DNA of 64,000 nucleotides from the human T2T-CHM13v2.0 reference genome, Homo sapiens. Positions 1-13,782 of the stretch are shown here, piece after piece. The notes beneath the pieces are model-generated. The model saw only the letters and a program-made list of their open reading frames with translations. It was not told the origin of the DNA and searched no databases. The stretch lies in assembly GCF_009914755.1 (NCBI RefSeq), contig NC_060926.1. One strand, 5' to 3'. How positions within the stretch are numbered: position 1 is the stretch's first letter; each line of letters begins with the position of its first letter. A program made the translations under genes and the position numbers.

Positions 1-3000
1 TTTAGAAAAAGACACAAAAGTTCAACAAAATCTTAAATTATTAAGATGACAGATTGCTCCGAGTAAACACTGGACTTGTCAAAATTTAGTCCATTCATTC
101 TCCTTGTATCATTTTAAGTGTTTATTTGTAATTTATATTTTTATTATTTAAACTTTCTTCTGAAAAATTAAAATTAACTCTACTTTTTAATCTCTATATT
201 TTATTTCACAGTATGTTTTAAAGGTTACAGATCTGATAATATTTAGTAATTTAATTTATAAAAGCATTATCATCTGTTTCTAATTATAATTTTTGTGACA
301 TTCTATTTTATTCAATTCTGTCTTAAATGAGAATTAAAAATATCTTTCTTTTTTCCATTCCTGCCACCTCTGTCTCATATATAAAGGAGTTGTCTTATGT
401 TTTCTTGGAACAAGAAAAAAATATTTAAATGCCACCTTCCACTTCTATCTGTAACCAAATAACCAGTATCAAACATGCCACAAATAATTTTATATATGGA
501 CGAAATATTTGAGGCAATTGTTTCTGCCATAGGAAAATAGGTAGCACATACTGTAATATTACAGTATTTATGTGTACAGCCTATTTTTTTGACTTTGCAA
601 AGAAAAATTTTTGGCACCAAAATGAAATAAATATTATCTTCTGTCAAAGTTTCAAATGGTTAAAAACATTTACATATATCATTCCCTTCAAGCTGATCTT
701 TATTTTCACGTATCTTCCTTTCTAGCTCCTGCTTAATGATATGAGGAACCTTGGTACTGGTATTTTTATAATTGTGATCAACTATAAAGACTTTGAGATC
801 ATTGATTGTAAACATTTTAAATTACCATTCTAGCTATAAAATAAGAACATTATAAATCTAGAATGTTTAGTGATTTGTTTATTTACTATTTACTTTTACG
901 TTTAGAAATAAATGTATTTTAGCTTTTATGCAGAATATAATCTTTAACAATATATTTATATAAAATGAAATTAATCCCATGATGTCTGACATTTTCATGG
1001 AAAGTAAGCCCTGTCTTTTCACCGAGATCATTCATCTCAGTGAGAGTATAAAGATCTACGGCCTTCGTACTTCAAGTGACATGAAAAGATATTTTTATTT
1101 CCCTAGTTTCCCATGGATTATTTATCTTATTTTAACATATTTTTCCCAATTTAACTAAAACCTGATCAATTTGTTAATATTACAAGGCAATTTCTCTTTG
1201 CCATTTTAAAGTCCATTCACAAAAGAGAAAATTCACATCAAAATGACGATGTATACAGGTACTTTCCCTTTAAGCTTATGAATCTGTAATGAACACTTAA
1301 AGGCAAAATAAAAATGTCAAATGGTATTATTTTAACAAACTAAAATAAAAATTATTTAATTTACATATTTTTGGCATCATTTTATATGCCTTGTGTCTGG
1401 TCTGTACCATATCGGCTAATCTTCAGCATTGTGGAGTGTGGAACTATTACTCAATACATCTGCATTCATCATAAGAAAAAGTTATATGTGCAAATAGAGT
1501 TAATTGGAAGTATTGATAAAGTATGTCATCAAAGTTATCAAAAATAAATTTTTATTACAGTTTTAGAGAGAAGTACATTTTATTTAATGTTAAAATTTTG
1601 AAAATATATAATTACCTCTCAAATAATTAAGTACTTTGAGTAAAGCACCTAACATTATAAATGCTCATCAATAGAGTGTGTGCAATAATTTTCAATGCCC
1701 TAGTAATTTAAAGTATTATTTAGAGCTTCTATACTTATGCATGGAGATTCTAGTTTATAATTAATGATTACATATACTTATATACATACACATTTATGTA
1801 CATATGCATAAACAGATAGAGATGCTTTGTTCTTTTTAGCTCATCTAAACACATTTATCTTCACACATATGTCACTATATGCATATATATATTTCTCTCT
1901 AGTTTGCTGACTGAAGATCTTGGGATGTATAAGTTTCCAAAATTGTGTGAACCAATTCTTTATAATTATTTTTTTTCTATAGATATATACATCTTATTGG
2001 TTTTGTTTCTGTGGGAAACCCAGACTATTATAGGCAACAGTCAGTATGTTACTTTAGAAATACTTGTAAGAATTTTGTCTTCATAAATCATTCTTCAAAA
2101 TCTATATATACATTTTATTTTATCTTATGTATTGTGTATTCCACAATAAAAACACGAGACATACAAACAAAAGAAATAGTTGCCAATCTTTCTTGAAAAG
2201 TATACTTACAAATGCTCTCTCACCTTTTCTTCTGGAGTCTCTTACACAATCTGCTTAAATTCTAGTACAGAAATGGCTAGCACATAATAAAATTCTTCCC
2301 TAGGAGTTAAACTTTTAATTTTCATCACATATTTTACTTTTCTTTGTTTCAGAATATTCATTTATTTTTATCCGCAGTAATCTAGGTAGTGAGCTTTAGT
2401 TCTCATAAAACATTGGTATGTAAATATTCGCCTTTTTGTGCCGAAGCTTTCTTCTTCTAAACAAACACAAGTGGCAAAAGAAAGGGAAACCATCAAGATA
2501 CGTAGTTTAATTTTAGCTTAAGATAAGACGAAAGTTTCTGAGAGAAACATATCTCTGACATATTATTTCACTGGCAAATCCACCACATATCTGAAATCTC
2601 AGTGGGCTGATGGACTCTCATTACTACAGTGGTTTCAGAGCATCTTTAAACAATTTGCGATTTATGCAAATTTTTGTGTATAGTATATTTTTGGTCAGAA
2701 ATTACATGGCTTCCACTATATTCTCAAAGTTATCTCAGAACCTTCACAATGAGCCACTATTTCAATGTTCTGGAAGTTCTAGTTATTCCATACTATTCTT
2801 AAATATGGTGTTTGAATTACTAATATAACATGACAAATCCTGTTATAATTTCTGTCCCTCAGAAGTGATCATAATGTAGTTTCTCTCTTGTAAGATATAT
2901 TTATAAGTAAACTAGATTATATGTTTGACTTGAATATGGAAATGAATAGGAAGTATGAAGGACAGCCAATTTTGTATCAATTATATTGTTTCTTGGTTCA

Positions 3001-3380
3001 CAGGATAGATGATGAAACACGCCGAATAACAAATGCTTCAAATTACTACACTATCTCTTTTTTACTTGACATATGTCATATGGCTGCCCAGAGTGCCACT
3101 TTACTTTCCAAAAGAATACTACAACACAAAAATAATTGCATCAGTAATTGGGAATATACATTACATCTACTTTGCTTTTTGAAAGTCAAAACATGGTTAA
3201 ATTACACAAATATGTTAAAGGACCCTGTAAAGTATACATTTCTATCAAAATCAGAGTATGATAGCTCATTCTTCTGGTTTCTTAAATGTTTCTGCCTAGT
3301 GAATAGCATTTTCAGTATATAAACTGTAATAGTATGTACTTAACTCTAAATTCATAATGAAAAAAATTATTCCAGGTAGA

Positions 3381-4164
3381 TGTCTATCGAACTTGTTTAT
3401 TTTTCAAAGAGTTTACTCTTGGTTTCATTAATTATTTTTATGGATTTTTGCATCTGAATTATTTAAGTTCTCTAATTTTATTTTCTTCTGCTACCTTTGG
3501 GTTTTCTTTTTTCTTTTTTTCTAGTTCCTTTAGGTACAACGTTAAAATTGTAATTCATCAACTTCTTGATGAAGGCATTTAGGGCTATAAACTTACCTCC
3601 TAATACTACTTTAGCAGCATTCCAGAAATTTTGGTAAGTTGTGTCCCCATTTTCATTAATTTCAAATAATTTTTTATTTCTGCCTTAATTACAGTGTTCA
3701 CCCAGGAGTTACTCAGGAGCAAGTTGTTTAATTTCCATGTATTTGTGTAGTTTTGCGAGATCTTGCTATTGATTTATGTTTTTATTGCACTGTAGTTTGA
3801 GAATGTGCTTGCTATGATTTCATTTTTTTTAAAATTTATCGAGACTTACTTCATGACTGAGTATGTGACTGTGTGCCGATGGGAAGAATATATATACTGC
3901 AGTTGCTGGAAGAGCGTCTTGTAGATGTCTGTTAGGTTCAGTTAATCAAGTGTCGAGTCTAATTCCTTAGTCCTTTGTTAGTTTTCTGCCTCAAAGATCT
4001 GTCTAAAGCTGCCAGTGGGGTGTTGAAGTCTTCCACTATTATCATGTGGTTGTCTAGGTCTTTTTGTACGCCAAGAAGAACTTGCTTTATTAATCTGGGT
4101 CCTCCAATTCTGGGCATGTATGTATTTAGGATAGTCTTGTGGATTATACCTCTTATCATTATGT
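3381..4164 (-). mobile_element. Inverted 5' segment of an L1 (ORF2 endonuclease and linker region)
   Basis: The minus-strand ORF 3959-4300 ends in IMIRGIIHKTILNTYMPRIGGPRLIKQVLL...IIVEDFNTPLAALDRSLRQK, matching the L1 ORF2 endonuclease (YIMVKG...APRFIKQVL...GDFNTPL). Orientation flips at 4164. Confidence 0.9.
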
Positions 4165-6250
4165 TCCCCTTGAGAATTGAAACAAGGTAAGGATGCCAAT
4201 TCTCACCACACCTATTAAACTTAGAACTGGAAGTCCTATCTAGAGTAATCAGGCAAGAGAAAGAAATGAAAGGCAGTAAAATAGGAAAAGAAGAACTCAA
4301 AGTATCTCTCTGTGCTGATAATGTGATTCTATACTTAGAAAACTGTATAGACTCTGCCCAAGGCTACTAGAACTGATAAAAAAAATTTAGCGAGGTTTCA
4401 GGATACAAAATAAATGTACAAAAATCAGTAGCATTTGTATATACAAATAAAGTCTAGGCTGAGAGTCAAATCAAGAGCACAATTTCAATTACAATAGCCA
4501 GAAAGACAGTGAAATACCTATGAAGACATTTAAACAAGCAGGTGAAAGATCTCTACAAGGAGGACTGCAAAACACTGCTGAAATAAATTAGAAATGATGA
4601 AAATAAATTCAGAAACATTCCATGCTCATAGATCAGAAGAATCAATATTGTTAAAATGGCCACAATCCCCAAAGCAATTTATAGATTCAATTCTATTCTT
4701 ACCAAACTACAAATGTCATTCTTTACAGAACTAGAAAAAAGCTATTCTAAAATTCATATGGAACCAAGAAAAACCCCCAATAGCCAAAGCAATCCTAAGC
4801 AAAAAGATCAAAGCCAGAGGCATCACACCACCAGTCTTCAAATTACACTATAAGTCTACAGTAACCAAAACAGCATGGTACAAGTACAAAAGCAGACACA
4901 TAGACCAATGGAGCAGAATAGAAAACTCATAAATAAAACTGATCACCTAGAACCATCTGATCTTTGACAAGAATGACAAAAATAAGTAATAGGGAAAGAA
5001 CTCTCAATTCAATAAATAGTGCTGAGATAACTGGATAATTCTATGTATAAGAATGAAACTACTCCCTTTCCTTTCACCATATACAAAAATTAACTCGAGA
5101 TGGATTAAAAATTTAAAGGTAAGACCACAAGCTATAAAGATCCTAGAAGAAAACTTAGGACATACTTTTCCTGACATTGACCTTGACAAATAATTTTTGG
5201 CTAAGTCCCCAAAAGCAATTACAACAACAACAACAAAAATGACAAGTGGGTCATAATTTAACTCTACAGCCCCTGCACAGCAAGGGAATTACCAACAGAA
5301 AAAACAGACAAGCTACTGAATGGAAGAAAATATTTGCAAACTATGATTCCGACAAAGGTCTAATATTTAGAATCTACCAGGAACTTAAACAAATAAAAAG
5401 CAAAAAACAAATAACCCTATTTAAAAATTAGCAAAGAATATGAACAGATACTTCTCAAAATAAGACATATAAGTGGCCAACAAACATGAAAAATGTTCAT
5501 CAGTAATAATCACTGGAGAAATGCAAATTAAAATCACAATGAGATAATATCTCAAGCCAGTCAAATGGCTATTTCTAAAAAGTAAAAAACAAACAAAAAA
5601 ATTGATGCTTTTGAGGCTGCAGATAAAAGGGAATGCTTATATGCTGTTGGTGAAGTGTAAACTAGTTGAGCCACTGTGGAAAGCAGTTTGAAGTTATTTA
5701 AAAGAACTTAGAGTAGGGCTACCATCTGACCTAGCATTCCCATTCCAGGGTATACACCCAAACGAAAATAAATCATTATACCAAAAAGACAGACGCACTC
5801 ATGTTTCCTCACTGCACGATTCACAGTAGCAAAGGCATGGAATCAATCTAGGTACTCGTCAATAATGGATTGGATAAAGAAAATGTTGTACATTATACCA
5901 TGGAATACTACATAGCCATAAGAAAGAATGAAATCACGTCTTTTGCAGCAGCATGGATGGAGCTGGAGGTCATAATCTCAAGTGAACTAAAGCAGGGACA
6001 GAAAACAATATACTGCATGTTCTCATTTGTAAGTGGGAGCTAATCACTGAGCACACATGGACATACACATGGGAACAACAGATACTGCAGACTACTGGAG
6101 AAAAGAGGAAGGTAGGAGGGATGTGGGCTGAAAAACTACCTATGGGGTATTATGCTCACCACATGGGTGCAAGATACCCATGTAACAAAGCTGCACATGT
6201 GTCCCCTGTATGTAAAATAAAAGTTTAAATGTTTTTAAAAATAAAATAAT
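4164..6250 (+). mobile_element. L1PA15-17-like element: degraded ORF2 RT/C-terminus, 3'UTR and A-rich tail
   Basis: Starts at the region encoding FPLKTGTRQGCPLSP. The FADD motif is mutated (tgtgctgataat, ~4311). ORF fragments include [12 protein letters not shown]... The 3'UTR contains aaaaactacctatggggtattatgctcacc...aaataaaagtt. Confidence 0.9.
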
Positions 6251-6317
6251 ATTAAGTCATATGTTTCAATGTTGTATGTTTATTGATATGTACACAAAAA
6301 CATGCATACATACATAC

Positions 6318-6626
6318 AGCTTCAGACGAAGGAAGAGCCAATGTTTCAGTTTGAGTCTGAAGGCAGAATAAAACCTGTGTCCTAGATTGAAAGGCAGTCA
6401 GGCAGAAGGATTTTCTTCTTACTCTAGGAAGTCAGTCTTTTTGCTCTATTCAGGCCTTCAAATAATTGTAGGCGGTGTGCCTACATCAGGGAACGCAATC
6501 TGTGATACTGGGTCTACTATGTTAATCTCATCCAAAAACATCCTCAACAGACACATCCACATAACGTTTGACCAGTTATCTGGGAATCCTATGTCCAGGC
6601 AAGTGGACGCATAAAATTAACCATAA
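6318..6626 (-). mobile_element. MLT2C/D-like ERVL LTR, partial
   Basis: gttaatctcatccaaaaacatcctcaacagacac...cataaaattaaccat is the reverse complement of the MLT2 5' end. Confidence 0.75.
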
Positions 6627-6639
6627 TATTGCCAATAAC

Positions 6640-7850
6640 TTAAAGTCTCCCTGTGTGCTCCTTCATGATCATATGCCGCTGTCTAACCCTGAAGGAAAAA
6701 AAATAAGATTTTTTAAAAAATTGCCTGTTTATTAACTTTTCAGAATAATTCTGCATTCTTCCATTAGTTTATTGACTCAATATTATATTTGTAAATCACA
6801 TACATATTGATTCTTGAAGATGTAGTTAATTCATTTTCTTTTGCATAATGAAATATAGTAGTGTAATGGAGTATAGTACTCCATCGCATTTAGGTACCAC
6901 CTTTCACTTAACAATTCTGCTCTTGATAGACATTTGAAACATTTCCAGATGGGGGACATTATGAATAAATCTGTCTTCTATATTTCTTCTTATGCTTATA
7001 AAATTATAGGGCTTTAGGAGTATACTTACTGGGTCATGGGGTATATAAAACTTCAAATGGCATATAAGTTGTCCATATATGTGTGGCTCTTTTTCTAACC
7101 TCTATTGTGTTAGAGTGATGTATATGGCTCTTATTGTACAATTCTGCATTGTTTTTACCAAAGTATCTATATTCTCCTTAAATATTATTTTGGCTATTCT
7201 TAATTAGTTGCATTTTCATATACATTTCAGAACAGTGTTTAAAATCATATTGAAATTTTTTATTATTTAATTAAACACCTAAATTAGTTTAGATATAATT
7301 AATATTTTTAGTAGTGATGTATCTTATCCATAACCATGATAAAACTGTCCATTTATTTATGATTGTCACAAAATTCTTATGCAAATATTGTTAAGTTTAT
7401 TTCTTGGCATTTCAAAATTTTGGTGATTTTATACATTTTGTTATTTTTTATTTTACATTGGTTAATATTTATAAATCAATGATTTCTGCATACTTATTTT
7501 TATGAAATATATTTGACATATGAGATATGTATACTTATTTTTATGGAATACATTTTTATTATTGTAATCATTTAGCTGTTGAGTCCTAAGATTTCTTATG
7601 TGCTATAATCCTATTATCTACAAATAATAATTGTTTTCTTTTTTCACTCCGTAATCTATAGTTTTTTTCTTTTTACTTGCCTTACTTCATTGACTAGTAA
7701 GAAACTTCATTAACTCGATAACTCTAGTTATAATGTTGAAGAAATGTGATAGTAGGTTTAATTATCATGTTTAGTATTTCAAAAGAAAATTTATCAACAT
7801 TGTGTGTTATACAGGATAATTGATAAAAATATTATAAAGTGTTTGTAGCA
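6640..7850 (-). mobile_element. Old L1M (L1ME-like) 3' fragments
   Basis: Degenerate antisense L1 3'UTR/ORF2 motifs such as gatagacatttgaaacatttccag and gtggctctttttctaacctctattgtgtt. Confidence 0.55.
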
Positions 7851-8239
7851 GCTGGGCTTGGAGAGTCGCCTTTCTGATGTAATAATAGCTAAGCCCCTAA
7901 GAATGTGCATTTCTATTTCATAACTGATTGCCTGTAGAGCATACCTGAAATGAATATCACATATTTACATAAAAACCTCTATGTTGAGCTTGTGCCATTG
8001 GTTTTACCAATCAAATACCCCCATTCTAGGGTCAAGGCATCTACAAAGAACTCTCTCAGTGGCGGGTCAAAATTTAAGAAAAGACTGAATTCTTGCTGAA
8101 GTTTCAGGAGTGCTACACTGCCATATAATGTCTAATTCTACCTCTGTTGATAGCATTTGATGTTATTTGAAAGCAGCATATCTTCCCTGGATCAATTATA
8201 ATTGTTTTTGTATTATACTTGCCTGCATATCCCTAAATC

Positions 8240-8360
8240 CAGATTTCCAGGATTCAAGCAATACCTTGAGCTACCTGATACAATTGTATTAATTTGGTCT
8301 TTTTCTTAAATGATGAAAGCTAATTTCTGTTATTTGTATCTAAGTGCCCTGACTGATATA
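8240..8360 (+). mobile_element. Possible 3' end of an old MLT1 LTR
   Basis: ttctgttatttgtatctaagtgccctgactgata resembles the MLT1 terminus. Confidence 0.3.
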
Positions 8361-8479
8361 TCTTAGCACTTTCTACACCTAGATTGCTCCTTTCCTCCCT
8401 ATTCCTCCTCTAATACTTCCATTTTTGTTTTGAATCTATACCACTTAGGACTTTTCTCTTGCTAGTGCTGTCTTTGCTG

Positions 8480-9255
8480 TGATTATCAATTTTACCTCCC
8501 TATTGACTTAGTATTGTCCCATCAGATCAAAAACATGCTTTCATTTAAAAAAATATTAAATCATGCCATCATATTTCTATCCAGCTACTTTCCTATTTCT
8601 CTGTTTAGCCTAATTACAAAGCTCTTCCAACTTTCTGTACCTGCTGCATTCACTTAGTCATCTCCCAATTGCTCTGCAACCAGCTCGAATCAAACTTTTA
8701 TATCCACAATTTTATTGAATCTCTCTTCAAGGTCACCCATGATTACCCTATGCCAAAGCCAATAAAAAATGTCCTGTTCTTTCCTAGGAAATCTATCAGT
8801 AGCATATAATATAATTGTCACTCTTTTTTTGAAATGATTTCTTTCATTCATTTCAATAACAACAAATCTTCCTACTTCAGTGGTCATTTTTGTTTTGTCT
8901 TTTGTTCAGTTCTTCTCTTCTACCAAACTGCTAAATGTTGTACTTTCTTTCCCTGGTATGACCTTCCCCATATATTTCTGCAAGGATACCTTCTTTTTAT
9001 CCTTCATTTCTAGTATCATGTGTTACCATCCAACATCACTCTCTACAATATTTCTCAACTTTATTTTCGTCACATAACTTAATACAATCAGTCACGTTTT
9101 AATTTTAAATTGTATATAAGTATATTTTCTATCTCATTATTCTAGAAGTAATTGCCTCAGAGGGCAGGAGCTTTGATGGCATTATTGTTTGTATCCTCAT
9201 ATATAGATAAACTGTTGGCACACAAGAAACACTGTCTATATATTGGGTCAATATC
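8480..9255 (+). mobile_element. L2 fragments (RT region and 3' end)
   Basis: ctcttcaaggtcacccatgattacc...ctatcagtagcatat matches the L2 RT region. gagggcaggagctttg...ggcacacaagaaacact matches the L2 3' end. Confidence 0.65.
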
Positions 9256-9639
9256 GACAGTCAAGTTCTGTGCCAGCTCTTTATAATTAATTCATTCTAT
9301 TTCCATTTGCGCACATGGAAGAATGAAAATAAAACTGAATGAAAACTTAGCTATCATCTTTTCAGTAGAACTGAATATCTCATACAATTTTCTTCCTGCA
9401 CTAGAATAATAAATTATGCTTATATCACATCTATATTCCTCTAAGCATTTAGTTTACAGAGTCAAGTAATTTTGGAAATTATGCATAAGGTACAATCCTC
9501 TTAAACAGTCCCTATTTAGATACATATATTAAAGTATATGAAAATATTTAAATGAAAAATCTTGTTTAATTATTTTCCTTTAGATTATCTTAATGTTTTA
9601 TTTAGTATTTGATTTTAATATTTATTATTTTTTAAGAAG

Positions 9640-11730
9640 TTTTAGGGGTTAAAAATATATATATCACCTTTCACAGACTACTAAGTCTTAATATTATGCC
9701 ATGTCAAGTAAAATGTAGAAGACTTAAAACCGTATCTCCCTTTATTTTCCCCTTTTATGTTATAATTTTCTATGTATTATATTTATAATCACTGAAGTTC
9801 TGCCACACAATGTTATATCTTGTGCTTTCGGCAGTTTATATTTTTTAAAAATTAAAAGAAAAGCTGTTGATTAACCCAGATTTTACTACTTTTTACTGGT
9901 TTATGTTCCTCTTGAAGTTCTAAGTTTCCCTGTGGTAGCATTTCACTTCAGCATAAAGAACTTGCTTTAGCATTTCTTCTATAGCATGTTTGCTGTTGAA
10001 AATTTTTCATACTTTTCCTTTATTTAAGAATGTATTTATTTTGCCTCATTCCTGAAGAGTATTTTTGCCAGATTTAGAATTCTAGGTTGACAGTGCTTTC
10101 CTTTTCATTACTTTATAGAAGTTCCACTGTCTGCTTGCCTCCATGGTTACTAATGAAAAAATCATAATTACTTGTATTTTTATTTCATGGCATATAATAT
10201 GTAATTTTTATCTGACTACTTTCAATATTTTGCTTTGGTTTTCAGGCTTTCATAGTACTTTTCTGACCACGGTTTTCTGGAGTTTTTTCGTATGGAGTTT
10301 GTAAGCTTCCTGACATGGTAAGTTTATATTTTTCATAAAATTTTAGAATTTTTAGTCATTATTTCCTCATATAAATTTTCTGAATCACCTCAATGTCCTT
10401 TCCTTCTGGGACTCCATAGTTATGTTTGTTAGGCCTTTTTAATATTGTCCACAGGTCCAAGACTCGGTTTTATTTGCCTTTTCATTATTATTATTATTTG
10501 TAATCTTCATTCTCTGTGCTTTCGATGAAATAATTTCTGCTTCTCTATCCTAAAGCCACGTCTCTCCTCTGTCTTCTTTATTGTGTTATTAGGGGTATCC
10601 AGTGAAATTTTTATGTCCAATGTTGTACATTTTATGTCAAAACTAGCATTTGGTTCTTTTAAAGTTTCTGTGTCTCTTTGAGAATGTCTATCTCTTCATC
10701 TATTTCAGGATTATAACTGTACTTGATGGAGCACAGTTATAATAGCTGCTTTAGAGTCCTTGATAATTCCCACATCTGAGTCATCTCAAGGTTGGTTTCA
10801 ATTAATTGCTTTTTCTTTGAGAAATGGCTACTTTTCCCTTTCCCTCTTCTCACATTGTCCTAATTCTTTGTGTGTTAATAACTTTAGGTGGTATCTCAAA
10901 CATTTTGAATACTAAATTGTGAGATTCTAGGTCTTGTTAAAAATCTCTGAAGAATACTAACTTTTTGTTTCATTCTGTTTAGTCTTGTTTTAGCAGACAA
11001 TTAATCCAGGTGGTTTTAGACCACAGTTTTGTCTTCTTTCTGTGGACAGCAGTACTAGCACCAATTCAGTTTTCAAAACCTATTCTGCGCTAATTTAGGT
11101 TTGCTCCATGCACGTAGCACTGTTGGGACTTTGAGCAGTGGTTTATATGATTGTTTATTTTTCATGTATTTGCTATGCTGATGTAGTTATAGCCTGCAAG
11201 TGTTGGACATATCCTGAGCATGAGAGCTTGGCCATTTCATACACAGATTTAGGGGATGTTTTATCTTCAGTTCTCTTTTATAAGGAACACTCTTCATACT
11301 CTGTCTTATGAGGTCCCTTTACCTCTTCTCTCACAACAAACTGTGGGTTTTTCTTGGAGCTTCAGTTTTCTATGCTGCTATGGCAGCTGCAACTTCAAAA
11401 TGCTTACCTGCCTCTAGGGCCAAACTATAAGAGAATAAAAAAGAAAAAAATGAAAACAGGCAGATTTTCCCATATTTACCTTCTTCCAAGTACTCCCTTT
11501 CTTCACCTTCTGTACAAAAAGAAAAGCTTCTCTTGGAGTTTTTGCTTCCATTGAAGCTGCCTTCTGCTTGTTGCATGGTTATATCAGGGAGTTAAAATAG
11601 GACCAAAACAACGACAACAAATAAAAACTGGGAAACACAATCATATGAGTCACCTCTTCAGATTTTTCTGGTTTGGTTTACTTTTTGAAATCCTCTCAAA
11701 ATTGCTTTTTGTATATGCCCGCAGTTCTAG
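9640..11730 (-). mobile_element. Old L1M ORF1/5' region
   Basis: Antisense L1M ORF1 motifs: cttcagcataaagaacttgctttagcatttctt and atttttgccagatttagaattctaggttgacag. Confidence 0.65.
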
Positions 11731-11744
11731 TTATAATCTTTTTC

Positions 11745-12125
11745 CAATAGTGGGTCATAAGACCCTCATTTCCAAGGAGCTCTTCCCCATACATGGGAGG
11801 AAGGAATGCTACAGACAGGTCCAGAAGGATCTGAACAGAAAGGCATTGTTGGGTTTACCCCTCTGTCCACTAGCATTAGATCAGACCCTTTGTGTCCAAA
11901 CATATTTCTGCATGGCTATCCATTCTTCACTGAATCTAAGCATAAAAATAAATAGTTTTTCCGGTATCTTTGGGTCTTCATTCTGAAGGCTGCTATAAAC
12001 TTTTGATTAAATGAATCTATTACGATTTTGATTAAATAAATCAAAACTTTTGATTAAGTACATTATGCTTTTCATTTGTCTTTTGTTAATAGGAGTGTCA
12101 GACATGACTCTTACAGTGAGAAAAT
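11745..12125 (+). mobile_element. MER31/MER67-like ERV1 LTR, 3' part
   Basis: ggtcataagaccctcatt...ggaggaaggaatgct...ctaagcataaaaat...tatctttgggtcttcattctgaaggct is characteristic of MER31/MER67. Confidence 0.75.
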
Positions 12126-12371
12126 GTGTGATATCTGCCCTCCCTTAGAAGAAAGAAAGGCTGAAATTCGATAGGCAGCGATCTAGCTGCCAGAGAGATT
12201 TGACTGGCTCCAGGACTTAAGCTGGCCTAGGTGGGAAGATGGCCTCTGGCAACTCTAGAAGTTAGAAACCACCTAGATAGCCTGGAGACTTCAGCTGTCC
12301 CGAGTTAATAGGAAGGAAGTCTCTGTTTTCTTTTTTTCTGAATACTTTCCCCCCACCCTCGACCTTGATTC

Positions 12372-12485
12372 AATTAAATGTGAAACAGAGAAAACAATAC
12401 TGCTTACTCAGGGTTGTTTTGAAGATTAACTGAGTTTCTACAGTGATAAAAGAGTGACTGACACATATCAAGCTTGCAATAAATG
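12372..12485 (+). mobile_element. MIR
   Basis: cagggttgttttgaagattaactgag...gacacatatcaagcttgcaataaatg matches the MIR core and 3' end. Confidence 0.6.
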
Positions 12486-12974
12486 AAATTCTGAAATATT
12501 TTTTGTGTAAGCAGTTTCAGAGAAACATAAATGGTAATACAAGTTTATAGATATATATTATTTGTGAAAGAGAGCCTGCAAATATTACTATGAAGCTTAT
12601 TGACACCAAAGACTTCAAATTAGGTTTCCTAAGAATAGGTTTGGGTATTATTTTAAGGGTAGACTTAAAATAATATAAGAAAATATCAACAACAATACAC
12701 GGCATGGATTTTCAAATAAGTAGGTACTCAACAATACTAAAACAGATAAAAAATAGTAACCTGAACATTGGACTCTTTATGGTCCATGAAGTGTTGATCT
12801 GGGTAGTTTTTATTTTCTTTCTTAAATAACATTTAATTAAATGTAAATACAAGTGAACAATTTTGCATGAAACAATTTCTTTTTATATGTTGAAAAATCT
12901 GAAGATCTGGCAACTCGGGGGCTGCATTCTTAGATGGCTCCAATTTGAATGGGTTGTGTCAGTAGCCTCCTTGA

Positions 12975-13381
<407 letters not shown>

Positions 13382-13617
13382 CATCAAGTCTTTATTCTTA
13401 CTTATTTGTTCAAACACTACGGTTGAGAGAAAAATTATACACATACACACATACCCGCGCCCCCACCACACACACAGAGACTGACACAAAGGATTTCAGT
13501 TGTGAAACTACAACACTAAGAAAGAAAAATAACTAAATCTCTGTTAAATTTCTTGGCCTCCTACTTGATTTAGTCAGAAAGCCTCTATACAATTCTAAGC
13601 CAACACTAATTAATAGG

Positions 13618-13782
13618 CCATTGCTTTTCAAAGTTTAATGTGGATGTGAATCCCCTAAGGATCTTAAGAAAATGCAAATCTTCACTCAGTAGGACTGGAG
13701 TGGGCCTGGGACACTGCAATCCCAATCGGTTCCTGAATGATGCTAATACTAGGATCTGAAAGGTCCACACTGAGTAGCAAGG
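13618..13782. mobile_element. MER5-family hAT relic
   Basis: ttttcaaagtttaatgtggatgtgaatcccc...aaaatgcaaat...cagtaggactggagtgggcctg...ccacactgagtagca. Confidence 0.75.

Noticed and set aside
2921-3322. 133-aa ORF, and an acceptor-like ttcacag at 3003
   Set aside because: No recognisable domain, AT-biased composition and no convincing downstream donor. Consistent with chance.
6866-6884. 8-bp stem-loop atggagta-tag-tactccat
   Set aside because: Too short, lies within a decayed L1 and does not resemble an RNA gene.
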